DNA of 56,369 bases from Clostridia bacterium (lineage in GTDB: Bacteria; Bacillota; Clostridia; Christensenellales; UBA1242). Every line of letters begins with the position of its first letter. The first letter of the stretch is position 1. Shown here piece after piece: positions 1 to 11,315 of the stretch. The stretch is taken from positions 1 through 56,369 of the forward strand of contig JAQVYC010000003.1 of the NCBI GenBank assembly GCA_028708805.1, read 5' to 3'. The translations under genes were made by a program, and so were the position numbers. A model generated the notes under the pieces. The model made no database searches. It had not been told where the DNA came from and was given only the letters and a program-made list of their open reading frames with translations.

Positions 1-47
1 GTTGTATAAATTTAAGATATCATCCTTATTAAAGTCAGCAAATTTAT

Positions 48-431
48 TTACTTTAATTCAAAATAATCTTTTAAAAGTTCTTTGGCTTTGAAAATTTTGT
101 GCTCTTTGCCATTGCTTATTACTACATCCATTTCGGGATTAAATTCCACAAAAACTTGTCGGCACGCCCCGCACGGAAAGGCAGGAAATTCGCAGTCTGA
201 AACAACGGCTATTGCCTTAAATTCTTTTTCACCTGCACTGATTGCACTACAAAGAGCCGAACGCTCTGCACAAACCGACATACAATACGAAGCATTTTCC
301 ACATTGGTTCCAACATAAATATTCCCATTGTTTGTTAATAATGCCGCCCCAACTTTAAATTTGGAATATGGGCTGTAACTATTTTGTTTAACAATGCTTG
401 CTTGCTGAATTAGTTTCAAATATTCCTGCAT
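48..431 (-). CDS. cdd: cytidine deaminase
   Basis: 127-aa ORF with the zinc-ligand motifs of homotetrameric cytidine deaminases (SVCAERSA ... PCGACRQ). Confidence 0.85.
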   Translation of the reverse strand: MQEYLKLIQQASIVKQNSYSPYSKFKVGAALLTNNGNIYVGTNVENASYCMSVCAERSALCSAISAGEKEFKAIAVVSDCEFPAFPCGACRQVFVEFNPEMDVVISNGKEHKIFKAKELLKDYFELK

Positions 432-759
432 TTTTCTCCTAAGTGTTTTTTAAGTATAATTAGTTTATTGTTGACTTTTGTTATATTTATCTTTCGTAAT
501 TCATTCTTATTTTTTTATTTATAATCATTATTTTCTTTAATAAATTAAATAAGTTACCCTAAATTGATTACAATTTTCGGGTTAGATATTTTTGTTTTTA
601 GTGTTTACTTTTCAAAAGTTTAAAGCAAAAAGTTTTCGAGATAATGTTTGTTTCATAATTTCCTATCAGCTTTCTTGTCCCGTTTGAAATTTATAAATAA
701 TACAGTTTTAAAATATTCTCAATTAACATTTTCAACTTAGCGAAATATATTTTATTAAA

Positions 760-3700
760 TTATATATTTAGTTTTAAATTATTCTCATTCTCAACTTCTA
801 CGGGCTGAATTGAGCGATAATGTTTTAAGCCTGTACCAGCAGGAATTAACTTACCTATCATAATGTTTTCTTTTAAGCCTAGAAGTTTGTCTTTTTTGCC
901 CTTTAATGCCGCCTCAGTTAAAACTCTTGATGTCTGTTCAAAACTTGCAGCTGAAAGGAATGATTCTGTGGAAAGCGCCGCTTTTGTTATTCCAAGCGAA
1001 ACTCTTTTCGCTGTTGCAGGCATTCCGCCCGACTTCAATATTTTGTTATTTATTGCATCATATTGAAAAGCATCAATGATTTCACCTGGAAGCAATTTTG
1101 TGTCGCCTGAATTTTCAATTTTTACTTTTCTTAACATTTGTCTTATTATAATTTCAATATGCTTATCGTTAATTTTAACATCCGTAGCTCTATAAACTGC
1201 AACGACTTCTTTTAAAATATAATCTTGCAAACCTTTAAGCCCTTTTATTCTTAAAAGGTCAGCTGGATTTAATGCACCTTCTTCAAGTTGTGTTCCCGGC
1301 TGAACCGTTTCGCCATTTTTAACCTTTAAAAATGCTGGTCGCTTTATTTCATATTGAACATCGCCATCACTCGTCTTAACTGTTATGATATATGCTTTTG
1401 CTTCTTCTTTGATTGAGATTTTGCCTGAAACCTCAGAGAGTTTTGCCTCGCCTTTTGGTTTTCGTGCTTCAAAAATTTCTTCCACGCGTGGCAAACCTTT
1501 TGTGATATCGGCAGCTACTAACGCACCACCCGTATGGAAAGTTCTCATTGTCAACTGCGTTCCTGGCTCACCAATACTTTGCGCAGAAATAATTCCAACA
1601 GCTTCGCCCAAATTAACTTTTTCTTTTCCTGCCATATCTCGACCATAACATTTAGCACAAACACCTTGTTTGCAACGGCAAGTAAGCAGTGTACGAATTG
1701 AAATACTTTTTATGCCAGCACTTACAATTTCTTTTGCCTGTATTGGCGAAATCATTGTGTTTGCAGGCACAATTGTCTTTTTAGTTTGCGGGTTGATAAC
1801 TTCTTCAACTGCAAATCTACCCACAATTCTTTCTTCTAACGGTTCAATAACTCTTTTATCTTCAACAAGGTCGGTTACTTCAACTCCTTTAACTTTTTCA
1901 CCTAAGCTAGCAAAGCAATCTTCTTCGTTTATTACAACATCTTGGGCAATATCTACAAGTCTTCTTGTTAAATAACCAGAATCGGCTGTTTTGGTTGCAG
2001 TATCCGCCAAAGTCTTTCTACCACCACGAGACGAAATGAAATATTCTAATGGTGTAAGACCGCTTCTATAAGATGATTTAACTGGTGTATCAATTTTATT
2101 TTCTGATATTGACTGTTTAAGTCCGCAAGTTCCCGTTAGGTTGTTCAACTGCATATTAGTTCCACGCGCCCCAGAGAAAACCATCATTTTTAGAGGGTTG
2201 TATTGGCTCATATTATTTATAACTGCTTCTTGAACTTGCATTGTAGCGTCATTCCAGATTGCAATATTTGATGTTAGTTTTTCATCTTTGGTTATAAGTC
2301 CACGAATCATAAGTTTTTCATTTTCGTTAACTTGACTTTGTGCTTTTGCCAAAATCTTTTCTTTTTGTGGTGGATGTTTCATATCAAAAACATTAATAGT
2401 CAAGCAACCCAAAGTTGAATATTTATATCCTATTTCTTTGAATTTGTCTACAACCTTAGCACACTCAGTAGAGCCTAAAACCTTGAATATTTCATTTGTT
2501 ATAAATTTAAGGTCTTTTTTGGTTACTTCGTGATTGATTTCTAATTTACAATAATTTTCAGGGTTGGTTCTATCCACAATACCTAAATTTTGAGGAATGT
2601 TGTTGTTGAAAATAACTCGACCAACTGTGGTTTTAATTTTTTCAGAGTATTGGACTCCATTAACTATGCAAGATCTTTTTACAATTATTTCTGCTCTTAA
2701 ATCTAAATTTTCTGTTTCATAAGCAATAATTGCTTCTTCATCCGAAGCAAAAATGCTTCCCTCGCCCTTTGCCCCTGGCATTGCCTGAGTTAAATAATAA
2801 CAACCTAAAACAATATCCAGCCCCGGAGTAATAATAGGTTCTCCGTCAGACGGTTTCAAAATATTATTAGTAGAAAGCATTAAAACTCTTGCTTCGGTTT
2901 TTGCCTCTGTGCTTAAAGGTAAATGAATTGGCATTTGGTCGCCGTCAAAATCGGCATTGAAACCCGCACAAACAGACGGATGCAGTTTTATTGCTCTGCC
3001 TTCAACCAAAACTGGTTCGAATGCTTGAATTCCTAGCCTGTGAAGTGTTGGAGCACGGTTTAATAAAACAGGATGGTCTTTAATAACTTCTGCTAAAATA
3101 TCCCAAACAATTGGCTTTTCTCTTTCAATTAATCGCTTAGCACTTTTAATGTTATGCGACTGGTTTAACTCAACAAGTCTTTTTATAATAAAAGGTTTAA
3201 AAAGTTCAAGAGCCATTTCTTTTGGCACACCGCATTGATACATTTTTAGTTCAGGTCCTACTACAATAACTGAACGGCCTGAATAGTCAACTCTTTTTCC
3301 TAAAAGGTTTTGACGGAAACGCCCTTGCTTACCAGCAAGCATAGCAGTTAAAGATTTTAATTCACGAGACCTTGCCCCTTGAACAGCCTTGCCTCTTTTG
3401 CCGTTATCAATCAAACTGTCCACGGCTTCTTGAAGCATTCTCTTTTCATTTCTGATAATAACATCAGGTGCTCCGAGCTCCATTAATTTTTTAAGACGGT
3501 TATTTCTGTTGATAACTCTTCTATATAAATCATTTAAATCACTTGTTGCATATCTTCCACCATCTAATTGAACCATAGGTCTAAGCTCAGGCGGTAAAAT
3601 CGGCAACACATCTAAAATCATCCACTCTGGTTTATTCTCGCTGATTAAAAAAGATTCTATTACATCAAGTTTTTTAATCGCCTTTAATCTCTTTTGTCCT

Positions 3701-4299
3701 TTTGCTGTTAAAAGAAGATTTTTTAGTTCTTCACTTTCTTTTTTAAGGTTAACTTCGCTTAACAATTTTTTAATTGCAGTTGCTCCCATACTTGCAACAA
3801 AAGCACCAGCACCTTGTTCTTCAACTGCCGTTCTATATTCTTTATCTGTTAGAACTTGCTTATATTCAAATCCTGAATTTTTAGGGTCTAAAACAATATA
3901 ACTAACATAATACATAACTTGCTCTAATGTTTTAGGCATAATTTCTAAAATTGTGCCAATTCGTGAAGGCACACTTCTAAAAAACCAAATATGAGAAACA
4001 GGACAAGCTAGCTCGATATGCCCCATTCTTTCTCTTCTTACTTTGGAGCGGGTAACTTCAACTCCACACTTATCACAGACAACACCTTTATAGCGAATCC
4101 GTTTATATTTTCCGCAATGACATTCCCAATCCTTTCGAGGTCCAAATATCCTTTCGCAAAACAACCCGTCTTTTTCGGGTTTCTGCGTACGATAATTAAT
4201 TGTTTCAGGCTTAGTTACTTCCCCATAAGACCATTCTCTTATTTTTTCGGGAGATGCAATCCCAATCTTCATTGCATCAAAATCATTCAAATCAAACAT
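760..4299 (-). CDS. rpoC: DNA-directed RNA polymerase subunit beta-prime
   Basis: 1179-aa ORF with the catalytic motif NADFDGDQM and an N-terminal zinc ribbon (CHCGKY...CDKCGVEV). It lies directly downstream of rpoB. Confidence 0.97.
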   Translation of the reverse strand: MFDLNDFDAMKIGIASPEKIREWSYGEVTKPETINYRTQKPEKDGLFCERIFGPRKDWECHCGKYKRIRYKGVVCDKCGVEVTRSKVRRERMGHIELACPVSHIWFFRSVPSRIGTILEIMPKTLEQVMYYVSYIVLDPKNSGFEYKQVLTDKEYRTAVEEQGAGAFVASMGATAIKKLLSEVNLKKESEELKNLLLTAKGQKRLKAIKKLDVIESFLISENKPEWMILDVLPILPPELRPMVQLDGGRYATSDLNDLYRRVINRNNRLKKLMELGAPDVIIRNEKRMLQEAVDSLIDNGKRGKAVQGARSRELKSLTAMLAGKQGRFRQNLLGKRVDYSGRSVIVVGPELKMYQCGVPKEMALELFKPFIIKRLVELNQSHNIKSAKRLIEREKPIVWDILAEVIKDHPVLLNRAPTLHRLGIQAFEPVLVEGRAIKLHPSVCAGFNADFDGDQMPIHLPLSTEAKTEARVLMLSTNNILKPSDGEPIITPGLDIVLGCYYLTQAMPGAKGEGSIFASDEEAIIAYETENLDLRAEIIVKRSCIVNGVQYSEKIKTTVGRVIFNNNIPQNLGIVDRTNPENYCKLEINHEVTKKDLKFITNEIFKVLGSTECAKVVDKFKEIGYKYSTLGCLTINVFDMKHPPQKEKILAKAQSQVNENEKLMIRGLITKDEKLTSNIAIWNDATMQVQEAVINNMSQYNPLKMMVFSGARGTNMQLNNLTGTCGLKQSISENKIDTPVKSSYRSGLTPLEYFISSRGGRKTLADTATKTADSGYLTRRLVDIAQDVVINEEDCFASLGEKVKGVEVTDLVEDKRVIEPLEERIVGRFAVEEVINPQTKKTIVPANTMISPIQAKEIVSAGIKSISIRTLLTCRCKQGVCAKCYGRDMAGKEKVNLGEAVGIISAQSIGEPGTQLTMRTFHTGGALVAADITKGLPRVEEIFEARKPKGEAKLSEVSGKISIKEEAKAYIITVKTSDGDVQYEIKRPAFLKVKNGETVQPGTQLEEGALNPADLLRIKGLKGLQDYILKEVVAVYRATDVKINDKHIEIIIRQMLRKVKIENSGDTKLLPGEIIDAFQYDAINNKILKSGGMPATAKRVSLGITKAALSTESFLSAASFEQTSRVLTEAALKGKKDKLLGLKENIMIGKLIPAGTGLKHYRSIQPVEVENENNLKLNI

Positions 4300-4410
4300 A
4301 TTTTCACCTTTTATTTTATGACTTTAAGGGCGGTTGCCCTATTTATAAGTTCATTTGTGCTATCTTTTTCTTTTGCCGTTATTTATATCAAAATTTCTAA
4401 TGCACTAAGT

Positions 4411-7400
4411 TTATTCGATGTCATCTAAGTCTTCAAATAAACTATCTAATCCATCCATATTAAATTCTTCGGATAACTCAGCTTTAATACCTGCATCCTC
4501 TGTTTCAGCATTTATAATTTCAGCATTTTCTTCAAATTCTAAATTTATATCTTTAAGCTCTTCTTCCACTTCCTTAGACAAATTCGGCATATCATATTCA
4601 TCTAAACTAAATTCGTTTAATGCAACTTCTTCATCATCTTCGGTTAAGATTTTGACATCTAATGCAAGAGACTGCAATTCTTTAATTAACACCTTAAAGC
4701 TTTCTGGAATCCCAGGAGCTGCAATAGGTTGCCCCTTTATTATTGCTTCGAAAGTTTTGGTTCTACCTGTTACATCATCTGACTTAACAGTTAAAATTTC
4801 TTGAAGTAAGTTAGATGCGCCATAAGCTTCTAATGCCCAAACTTCCATTTCACCAAATTTCTGGCCACCAAACATAGCCTTACCGCCAAGAGGTTGCTGA
4901 GTTACAAGTGAATAAGGACCTGTGGAACGAGCATGCATTTTACTGTCTACCATATGGTCAAGTTTTAACATATATTTATAACCCACAGTTGCAGGATTAT
5001 CAAAAGGTAAACCTGTTCTGCCGTCATATAGTTGAATTTTGCCGTCTGACGGAAACCCGTTTTCAATTAATAATTTCTGGATATCATCAGCTTCTGCACC
5101 GTCAAAGGCAGGAGTTGCAACCTTCCAGCCCAATGATTTTGCCACTAATCCTAAATGCACTTCCAAAACCTGTCCAACATTCATACGAGAAGGAATGCCC
5201 AGCGGATTTAACACAATATCTAGTGTTTGACCATTACTTAAAAATGGCATATCTGCTTCTGGTAATATATGAGAAACAACGCCTTTGTTACCATGTCTTC
5301 CAGCCATTTTATCGCCCACTGAAAGCTTTCTTCTTTGAGCAACATAAACTTTAACCATCATAATAACACCAGGCTCTAATTCATCTTTATTCTTTCTAGA
5401 AAATACTTGAACATCTACAACAACACCACCTCTGCCGTGCTGAACACGCAAAGAAGTATCTCGCACTTCGTGAGACTTTTCGCCGAAGATTGCTCTTAAC
5501 AATCTTTTTTCAGGAGTGAGTTCTGTTTCGCCTTTTGGCGTAACCTTGCCCACAAGAATATCACCTGCTCTTACTTCGGCACCAATTCTTATAATTCCAT
5601 TTTCATCTAGATTTTTTAATGCTTCATCGCCTAGGTTTGGTATGTCTCTTGTTATTTCTTCATCGCCCAATTTAGTTGAACGACATTTTATTTCTTCAAC
5701 TTTTAAAGTTATAGATGTGAAAACATCATCTTTTGCTATTCTTTCACTAATTAGAATAGCATCTTCATAATTATAACCTTCCCAGTTTAAATAGCCTACT
5801 AAAATATTTTTTCCAAGCGCTAATTCGCCATTTTCTGTTGAATAACCGTCTGCTAAAATATCTCCAACTTTAACATTTTGACCTTTTTTAACAATAGGTT
5901 TTTGATTTACGCATGTATCTGAGTTTGTTTTTTCAAATTTTATTAAATAGTATTTTTCATCGCCGTCATTGGTTTTTACATTAATGTAATCTGCACTTAC
6001 ATAAGTTACAACACCCTCTTTCTTACATTTAATAAGCGCTCCCGAATCATACGCAACCTTAGCTTCCATACCAGTTCCAACAATAGGAGCTTCTGGGCGA
6101 AGAAGTGGCACTGCCTGCCTTTGCATATTCGCACCCATTAACGCACGAGCAGAGTCATCGTTGTTTAAAAATGGAATAAGTGATGTTGCGACCGAAATAA
6201 ATTGTTTTGGCGAAACATCCATAAAATCTACCATTGTAGACGGAACTTCCACCACGGTGTTTTTATATCTGCAAATAATTCTATCATTAACAAATTTACC
6301 TTCTTCGGTTAATGATTCAGTTGCCTGACAAATATAAGAATTATCTTCTATGTCAGCCATATAAAAATCAAATGAGTTACTCACAATTCCCGTTTTTTTA
6401 TCAACCTGTCTGTATGGTGTTTCAAGAAATCCATAATCATTTATGTGCGCATAACTTGTAAAACTGTTGATAAGCCCAATGCTTTGACCTTCTGGGGTTT
6501 CAATAGCACAAATTCTACCATAGTGAGTGTAATGCACGTCTCTTACTTCAGCACTTGCTCTTTCTTTCTTAACACCACCAGGTCCTACCGCCGACATTTT
6601 TCTTTTTTGAGAAAGCCCTGAAAGACAATTAATTTGCTCCATTAATTGAGAGAGCTGAGATGATGTCATAAAATCTTTTAGTGCTTTATTGATAGGACGA
6701 GGATTAACAATTTCTTTTGGCGTTATGCCAACGAGTTCTTTACCTTGTAATGTTTCTTTAACCGCTGTTGCCAATTTGTTAACACCTGAACGAAAGGCAT
6801 TGCCTAAAAGTTCGCCCACTGTTGCAATACGCCTGTTGCTTAAATGGTCTATGTTATCTATATATCCAATTCCTTCAAGCAAATCCAAATAATAACTAAT
6901 ACTTGCAAGAATATCATCCATTGTTAAAGTGGTTATTATTAAGTTTTTAGCATTTTCTTTAATTGCTTCTTTTATTTCCTTATCTGATTTGTCTTTATTC
7001 TCATTTAAAACTTGCATTAGAACAGGATAATAAACTTTTTCGTTTATCCCTAATTCTTCTTCGTTACAAGGATAAACCTCTGACAACTGAACTCTATGGT
7101 TACCTCTTATTAAATGCTTTTTGCCATTTACCATAACCCATACTTCATTAATGCCTGCATTTTCAATGGCTTTTGCCATTTCTTCATTTATGATTGCATT
7201 TTTCTTAACAATAACCTCATCGCCTACCACTATGTTTGTTGCAGAAACTAGGTTTATAACTCGGTTTTGAATACATAATTTTTTATTAAATTTATATCTT
7301 CCTACTCTTCCTAAATTATAGTATTGGTCAGAAAAAAAGAAGAGATTTAGATAATTTCTAGTAGACTCTACTGACGGCACTTCACTAGGCCGTGTTTTTC

Positions 7401-8115
7401 GTGCGAACTCTAAAATTGCCTCTTCCTGAGTTGTTTGTGGCTCTTTGTCTAAAACATTCTTAATATAACGGTTGTCGCCGAAAATTTTAAGAATTTCTTT
7501 TGCCGTAAAGCCAAAACATTTTAAAAATATACCAATGGTAACCTTGCTACCACGGTCAATTACAAGTTTTATGATTTCATTAGCGCCTTGTTCAAATTCC
7601 AGCCACATTCCTCTGGTTGGGATAAGTCTGCCCGTTAAAGTTGAAGTGTCTTGTTTGTTCATTGCAAAATAAACACTTGGTGAGCGCAAAACTTGATTGA
7701 CAATAACCCTCTCAATACCATTTATTATAAAAGAGCCGTCATCCGTCATATAAGGCACATCGCCTAAATAAACTTCTTGGTCAATGGCTTCGCCTGTTTC
7801 TTCCACCACAAATCTAGCCTGAACTTTAAGCGGGATGGTGTAAGACATTCCTCTTCTTTCTGTTTCTTTTATGGAATATTTGGGAACAGAATTCAAATCT
7901 GCTTTAAGCAGATATAATTTTGCCTTACCGCTATAATCCATAATAGGTGAGAATTCATCTAAAACACTTTGAATGCCTATATGCAAAAATTCTTTATATG
8001 CCTTTTTCTGAATTTTTAATAAATCTGGAAGCTCAACAATTTCATCTATTTTAGAAAAGGTATATCTTTCTGTGTTACCGCTAACAATCTTTTTTGCAAT
8101 CTTAGTTTCTTGCAT
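4411..8115 (-). CDS. rpoB: DNA-directed RNA polymerase subunit beta
   Basis: 1234-aa ORF with conserved beta-subunit blocks (GRHGNKGVVS, MNVGQVLE, GGQKFGEMEVWALEAYGA). The SD aaggaga precedes the ATG. Confidence 0.97.
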   Translation of the reverse strand: MQETKIAKKIVSGNTERYTFSKIDEIVELPDLLKIQKKAYKEFLHIGIQSVLDEFSPIMDYSGKAKLYLLKADLNSVPKYSIKETERRGMSYTIPLKVQARFVVEETGEAIDQEVYLGDVPYMTDDGSFIINGIERVIVNQVLRSPSVYFAMNKQDTSTLTGRLIPTRGMWLEFEQGANEIIKLVIDRGSKVTIGIFLKCFGFTAKEILKIFGDNRYIKNVLDKEPQTTQEEAILEFARKTRPSEVPSVESTRNYLNLFFFSDQYYNLGRVGRYKFNKKLCIQNRVINLVSATNIVVGDEVIVKKNAIINEEMAKAIENAGINEVWVMVNGKKHLIRGNHRVQLSEVYPCNEEELGINEKVYYPVLMQVLNENKDKSDKEIKEAIKENAKNLIITTLTMDDILASISYYLDLLEGIGYIDNIDHLSNRRIATVGELLGNAFRSGVNKLATAVKETLQGKELVGITPKEIVNPRPINKALKDFMTSSQLSQLMEQINCLSGLSQKRKMSAVGPGGVKKERASAEVRDVHYTHYGRICAIETPEGQSIGLINSFTSYAHINDYGFLETPYRQVDKKTGIVSNSFDFYMADIEDNSYICQATESLTEEGKFVNDRIICRYKNTVVEVPSTMVDFMDVSPKQFISVATSLIPFLNNDDSARALMGANMQRQAVPLLRPEAPIVGTGMEAKVAYDSGALIKCKKEGVVTYVSADYINVKTNDGDEKYYLIKFEKTNSDTCVNQKPIVKKGQNVKVGDILADGYSTENGELALGKNILVGYLNWEGYNYEDAILISERIAKDDVFTSITLKVEEIKCRSTKLGDEEITRDIPNLGDEALKNLDENGIIRIGAEVRAGDILVGKVTPKGETELTPEKRLLRAIFGEKSHEVRDTSLRVQHGRGGVVVDVQVFSRKNKDELEPGVIMMVKVYVAQRRKLSVGDKMAGRHGNKGVVSHILPEADMPFLSNGQTLDIVLNPLGIPSRMNVGQVLEVHLGLVAKSLGWKVATPAFDGAEADDIQKLLIENGFPSDGKIQLYDGRTGLPFDNPATVGYKYMLKLDHMVDSKMHARSTGPYSLVTQQPLGGKAMFGGQKFGEMEVWALEAYGASNLLQEILTVKSDDVTGRTKTFEAIIKGQPIAAPGIPESFKVLIKELQSLALDVKILTEDDEEVALNEFSLDEYDMPNLSKEVEEELKDINLEFEENAEIINAETEDAGIKAELSEEFNMDGLDSLFEDLDDIE

Positions 8116-8160
8116 ATTTTTCTCCTTAAATCATACTTAAAAAATTCGGACGAAAAACCA

Positions 8161-8187
8161 CAAGTGCTATCAACTGAGAAGCACTTG
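8161..8187 (-). promoter_or_regulatory. hairpin plus U-run in the rpoB leader (possible attenuator/terminator)
   Basis: Perfect 8-bp stem CAAGTGCT/AGCACTTG with an 11-nt loop. On the minus strand it is followed by TGGTTTTTCG, and it sits ~45 nt upstream of the rpoB ATG. Confidence 0.35.
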
Positions 8188-8259
8188 CTTAATCTTTTAT
8201 ATTACTGGATAAAAAAAATAGGATATAATTTCACTTTTCGTACAATAATTCCTAATGGA

Positions 8260-8288
8260 AGGATAGCATAAAGTAATTAATATGTCAA
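8260..8288 (-). promoter_or_regulatory. candidate sigma-A promoter upstream of the rpoB leader
   Basis: Minus strand reads TTGACA, a 17-nt spacer, then TATCCT. The -10 is weak. Confidence 0.3.
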
Positions 8289-8351
8289 CTGTTTTTTAAA
8301 AATTCCTCAAAAGCAAAACAAGACAAATTCCACTAAAAAAACTTATTATTT

Positions 8352-8837
8352 TTAAGAAAGCCTTCGTCTGCGGTTGTTATCTATTAAACAAACAATTGTT
8401 CTTAACTCGTTAAGTATTTGCACAAGTAAACTGTTCGTTTCTTGCAATGAACCTTCATTTGGAATACTGTTTGTCAAGGGCAATAAATTACTGCTAAGAT
8501 AATCTAAGTTACTATCATAAAAAGGCGTACCTATCGGAACTCCGCTAGGGATATTTACATTTGCTTGACCTTTAATCTTATCTGTACTCGAACCTTCCAA
8601 GGTAGACCCATTGTTATGTATGTTCGGTTTAACGCTGTATCCGTATTTACTTAAAACTCCCGCATATGCCTGAGCCATCTCCCTTAAAAGATTTTCATTT
8701 AATGGCGGGCTATCGTTATACTGGGCAGAGGCTGATTGCACATTGATTTTTGAACGACTTAACACATCGCTTCGCAAAAAAGGTTTTCTTAAATTATTAT
8801 TGTTTTTGTTTTCCATTGAAAATTTATATGAAGACAT
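8352..8837 (-). CDS. hypothetical protein
   Basis: 161-aa ORF co-directional with and upstream of rpoB. It is N/S-rich with a basic C-terminus (NNRRRRLS). No family recognised. Confidence 0.5.
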   Translation of the reverse strand: MSSYKFSMENKNNNNLRKPFLRSDVLSRSKINVQSASAQYNDSPPLNENLLREMAQAYAGVLSKYGYSVKPNIHNNGSTLEGSSTDKIKGQANVNIPSGVPIGTPFYDSNLDYLSSNLLPLTNSIPNEGSLQETNSLLVQILNELRTIVCLIDNNRRRRLS

Positions 8838-9111
8838 TGAAATATTTGTTAATTATCTTTAAAAGCTTACCATAAATTTTTAGAAATCGGTATCCATTAA
8901 AAGCTTGCTTGTTTTTTCTGAACCTATATTCAAAAATTTTCTCTACAAATAATATATCTCTATTTTTTGTTTTTTTATTATAATGTGAATTTTATTTATT
9001 TCGTTTTGTTGCCATTCATCATTTAAGGTTATAACTTTTTTCTAAGTGTAATTCACCTATGGCTTTTTGAGGCAAAAAGGCGCAAGGTCATTATTAAAAC
9101 TTTTAAGGAAT

Positions 9112-10023
9112 TTACTCTTCTACAATATCAGTAATTAAGTTTGAGATTGTACTGATTTTAAAAACACGAGCTTGCCAATGCCTTGCAGTTGTTTTTTTAA
9201 GCAAAGCAATTTTGTTTTGCCCGTCTAGCATTATAGGTTTCACCTCATCGAACTCGCCAAAAAATTGTTCAAACAACTCATCCGAAATATTTTGTGCAAA
9301 TTTTTTAGATAGCAGTTTTTTTGCTAAAAAATAATCTTTTTCTTTAACCGCTTGAAAAAAAGCAATATGATTTAAAAACGGAGCAAACCTTGAAGGACTT
9401 CCATTTAAATATATCGGCTCACTGGAAACCTTTTCAAGCTTGTCTTCTTTTATTATAAATGTTTGAAGCTCGCCGTGTCGAGCAAAAGTTTTCTTGTCTT
9501 CTATTAAAATTATTCCATCTTCTTCAATCGAAAAGTTTCCAACAAGCTCATAAAATTTTTTATTACCTTTGTGAAACAAAACAACATAATCTGAATCTTC
9601 AAAGTCAGCCTGCATTATTATTGCATTTTTATTCTCATAAAAATCAATATTCTTTATATTGTCTTTGCAATCAAAACTAAAATGTTTCACTTCTATGTCG
9701 ACCAAAAATTTAAAGGGGCTACCAATTAAACACACTGTGAAGTCTTTAAACATTTTACCCTTTAAAAACACGGGCGAAAAACTAATCGGCGGACAAGCTT
9801 CCAGCATCAAAAAATTTGGATATTCAAAAATATTAAGATAATCGTTACGAAAAACACTTTGTTTTTCTGCAATAAAACAGAATGGCAAAAAACTCTTACT
9901 CGTTGGAAAAACACTTATATAGGTGCTTTCTTCAATTTCCAGCGTTTTGCCTGCGGATAATTCCAGAAACTCTCCGCCAATTTGAACAATCATATAATTT
10001 TTTGAGTATAAAAAATATTTCAT
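9112..10023 (-). CDS. hypothetical protein
   Basis: 303-aa ORF in an otherwise stop-rich AT-rich context. No motif recognised. Confidence 0.55.
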   Translation of the reverse strand: MKYFLYSKNYMIVQIGGEFLELSAGKTLEIEESTYISVFPTSKSFLPFCFIAEKQSVFRNDYLNIFEYPNFLMLEACPPISFSPVFLKGKMFKDFTVCLIGSPFKFLVDIEVKHFSFDCKDNIKNIDFYENKNAIIMQADFEDSDYVVLFHKGNKKFYELVGNFSIEEDGIILIEDKKTFARHGELQTFIIKEDKLEKVSSEPIYLNGSPSRFAPFLNHIAFFQAVKEKDYFLAKKLLSKKFAQNISDELFEQFFGEFDEVKPIMLDGQNKIALLKKTTARHWQARVFKISTISNLITDIVEE

Positions 10024-10188
10024 ATTAATAATAATATATTAGATTATTTTATCTAGTATGATTTTTTGGCAAATTATAACTTTTAAAAACAATTTTTTCT
10101 TTTTTCGGTTAATTATTTTAATTATTACTTTTATTTTTAAGGTATTAATTGCATAACAAATGCCAACAATTTTTTTAGGAGAAATGCA

Positions 10189-11061
10189 ATGAAAAAATCT
10201 GAAAATGCGTGGAAAGAACAAGATATATTTGACTTATTCAAACTTGTGGAAAATAACAGAAGGGAAAACAAGGCACTTGTGAAAGCTTTTGAAAAATATG
10301 CTAAAATTTCAGGTCGCAAGAAAAATAGTGTTAGAAATTTTTATTATAAAAAACTAAAAGAGTTTGAACAAGATACCGAAAGTGTAAAAAAATATAAAAT
10401 AAATTTATCTGTTCACACAAAAAATGAACAAAAGTTTTTCACTCCCGAAGAAGCCGAACTTAGCATTAGAAAAATTGAAGACTTATTAAAAAAGGGCTAT
10501 TCTGTAAGAAAAGCTTGTTATGAAGTTGCAAGTGGTGATGTAAAGCAAATGCTTCGGCTTCAAAATAAGTTCAGAAGTACAAAACAAAAAATAAGTGATT
10601 ATCTAAGCCTAGATAAGTCTAACAAAAGAACTTTTTCTGGCGATAGTAAAACTTCTAATTCTAACAACGATAACAAAAGCAATCTTTTAATTATGCCAAA
10701 CACCAAAACGGTTTTAACCGACAGCGAAATAAACAGTTTGTTTATGGGGTTGGTTAAACTGGTAAAAAAAGTCGCAAAGGAACAATGTGATTTAGATCTT
10801 ATAAATCAAATGCAATCTGCTAATGCTGAACTTCGAAGGTCTATAAAGTCGCTAGCGGATAAAGAGCGAGAAATAAAATATTTTCGCAAAAAATTTGATT
10901 TGTTAACAAATGAAAAAACCAAATTAAAAGAGGAATTGAATTGCTTGCGGTCGCAAAATGCGGAACTTCTAAAAATTGATGATTCCCCTATTAAGTTTAA
11001 TAAACTAAAAAACTATATTGACAAGCTTGGCAAAAAAACAAAAGCAAAAGAAACAACTTAA
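10189..11061 (+). CDS. hypothetical protein with N-terminal Myb/SANT-like (RsfA-like) helix-turn-helix and C-terminal coiled coil
   Basis: SD aggaga lies 6 nt before the ATG. The N-terminus AWKEQDIFDLFKLV...AFEKYAKISGRKKNSVRNFYYKKLK follows the AW-x3-D...AFE...GR...R.F pattern of RsfA-type regulators. The C-terminal heptad-rich segment is LINQMQSANAELRRSIKSLADKEREI... Confidence 0.45.
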   Translation: MKKSENAWKEQDIFDLFKLVENNRRENKALVKAFEKYAKISGRKKNSVRNFYYKKLKEFEQDTESVKKYKINLSVHTKNEQKFFTPEEAELSIRKIEDLLKKGYSVRKACYEVASGDVKQMLRLQNKFRSTKQKISDYLSLDKSNKRTFSGDSKTSNSNNDNKSNLLIMPNTKTVLTDSEINSLFMGLVKLVKKVAKEQCDLDLINQMQSANAELRRSIKSLADKEREIKYFRKKFDLLTNEKTKLKEELNCLRSQNAELLKIDDSPIKFNKLKNYIDKLGKKTKAKETT

Positions 11062-11133
11062 AAAAACGCTACGAACTCAAACAACAATAACACAACAATA
11101 CGAAATTTAATTAGCGGTATAACTGCACCTTGC

Positions 11134-11190
11134 TTTTTTTAAGTGAGAACTTCTTCAACCAATTTGTTGCTTAGGTAGCTTTTGTTTCTC
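11134..11190 (+). repeat. intergenic hairpin repeat, degenerate copy A
   Basis: TTTTTTTAAGTGAGAACTTCTTCAACCAATTTGTTGCTTAGGTAGCTTTTGTTTCTC aligns with the family consensus TTTCTAAG.GAGAACTTATCYAACC...GATTTGTTTG. Confidence 0.45.
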
Positions 11191-11241
11191 TCACATCTTG
11201 CACTAAAATTTATCCCTAAATTAAACAGTAAAATAAATAAT

Positions 11242-11269
11242 AAAAGCCAAAGGTATTGCTTTGGCTTTT
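11242..11269. terminator. bidirectional intrinsic terminator between convergent genes
   Basis: Perfect 11-bp stem AAAAGCCAAAG/CTTTGGCTTTT with a 6-nt loop and A/T runs on both sides. It lies between the 10189..11061 gene (+) and rsmH (-). Confidence 0.7.
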
Positions 11270-11277
11270 ATTATTAT

Positions 11278-11315
11278 CTGACAACTTATCTAACCAAATT
11301 AATTACGGTTAGATT
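11278..11315 (+). repeat. intergenic hairpin repeat, copy B
   Basis: CTGACAACTTATCTAACCAAATTAATTACGGTTAGATT. The arms ATCTAACC/GGTTAGAT are perfectly complementary around an AATTAATT-containing loop. Confidence 0.7.

Noticed and set aside
4414-4650. The ~75-aa acidic C-terminal tail of RpoB could be a novel delta-like appendage.
   Set aside because: Acidic C-terminal tails are also present on RpoB of Bacillus and other Bacillota as far as I recall, so this is probably a normal lineage feature.
82-8115. Many 60-150-aa ORFs on the track lie antisense to or overlap rpoC and rpoB (for example 82..318, 863..1066, 1385..1648, 1670..1975, 4018..4428, 4418..4804, 4908..5354 and 5516..5770).
   Set aside because: They lie entirely within long, strongly conserved genes on the other strand or in another frame. 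They have no SD or recognisable motifs and show the S/L/F-rich composition typical of antisense translation of AT-rich genes.
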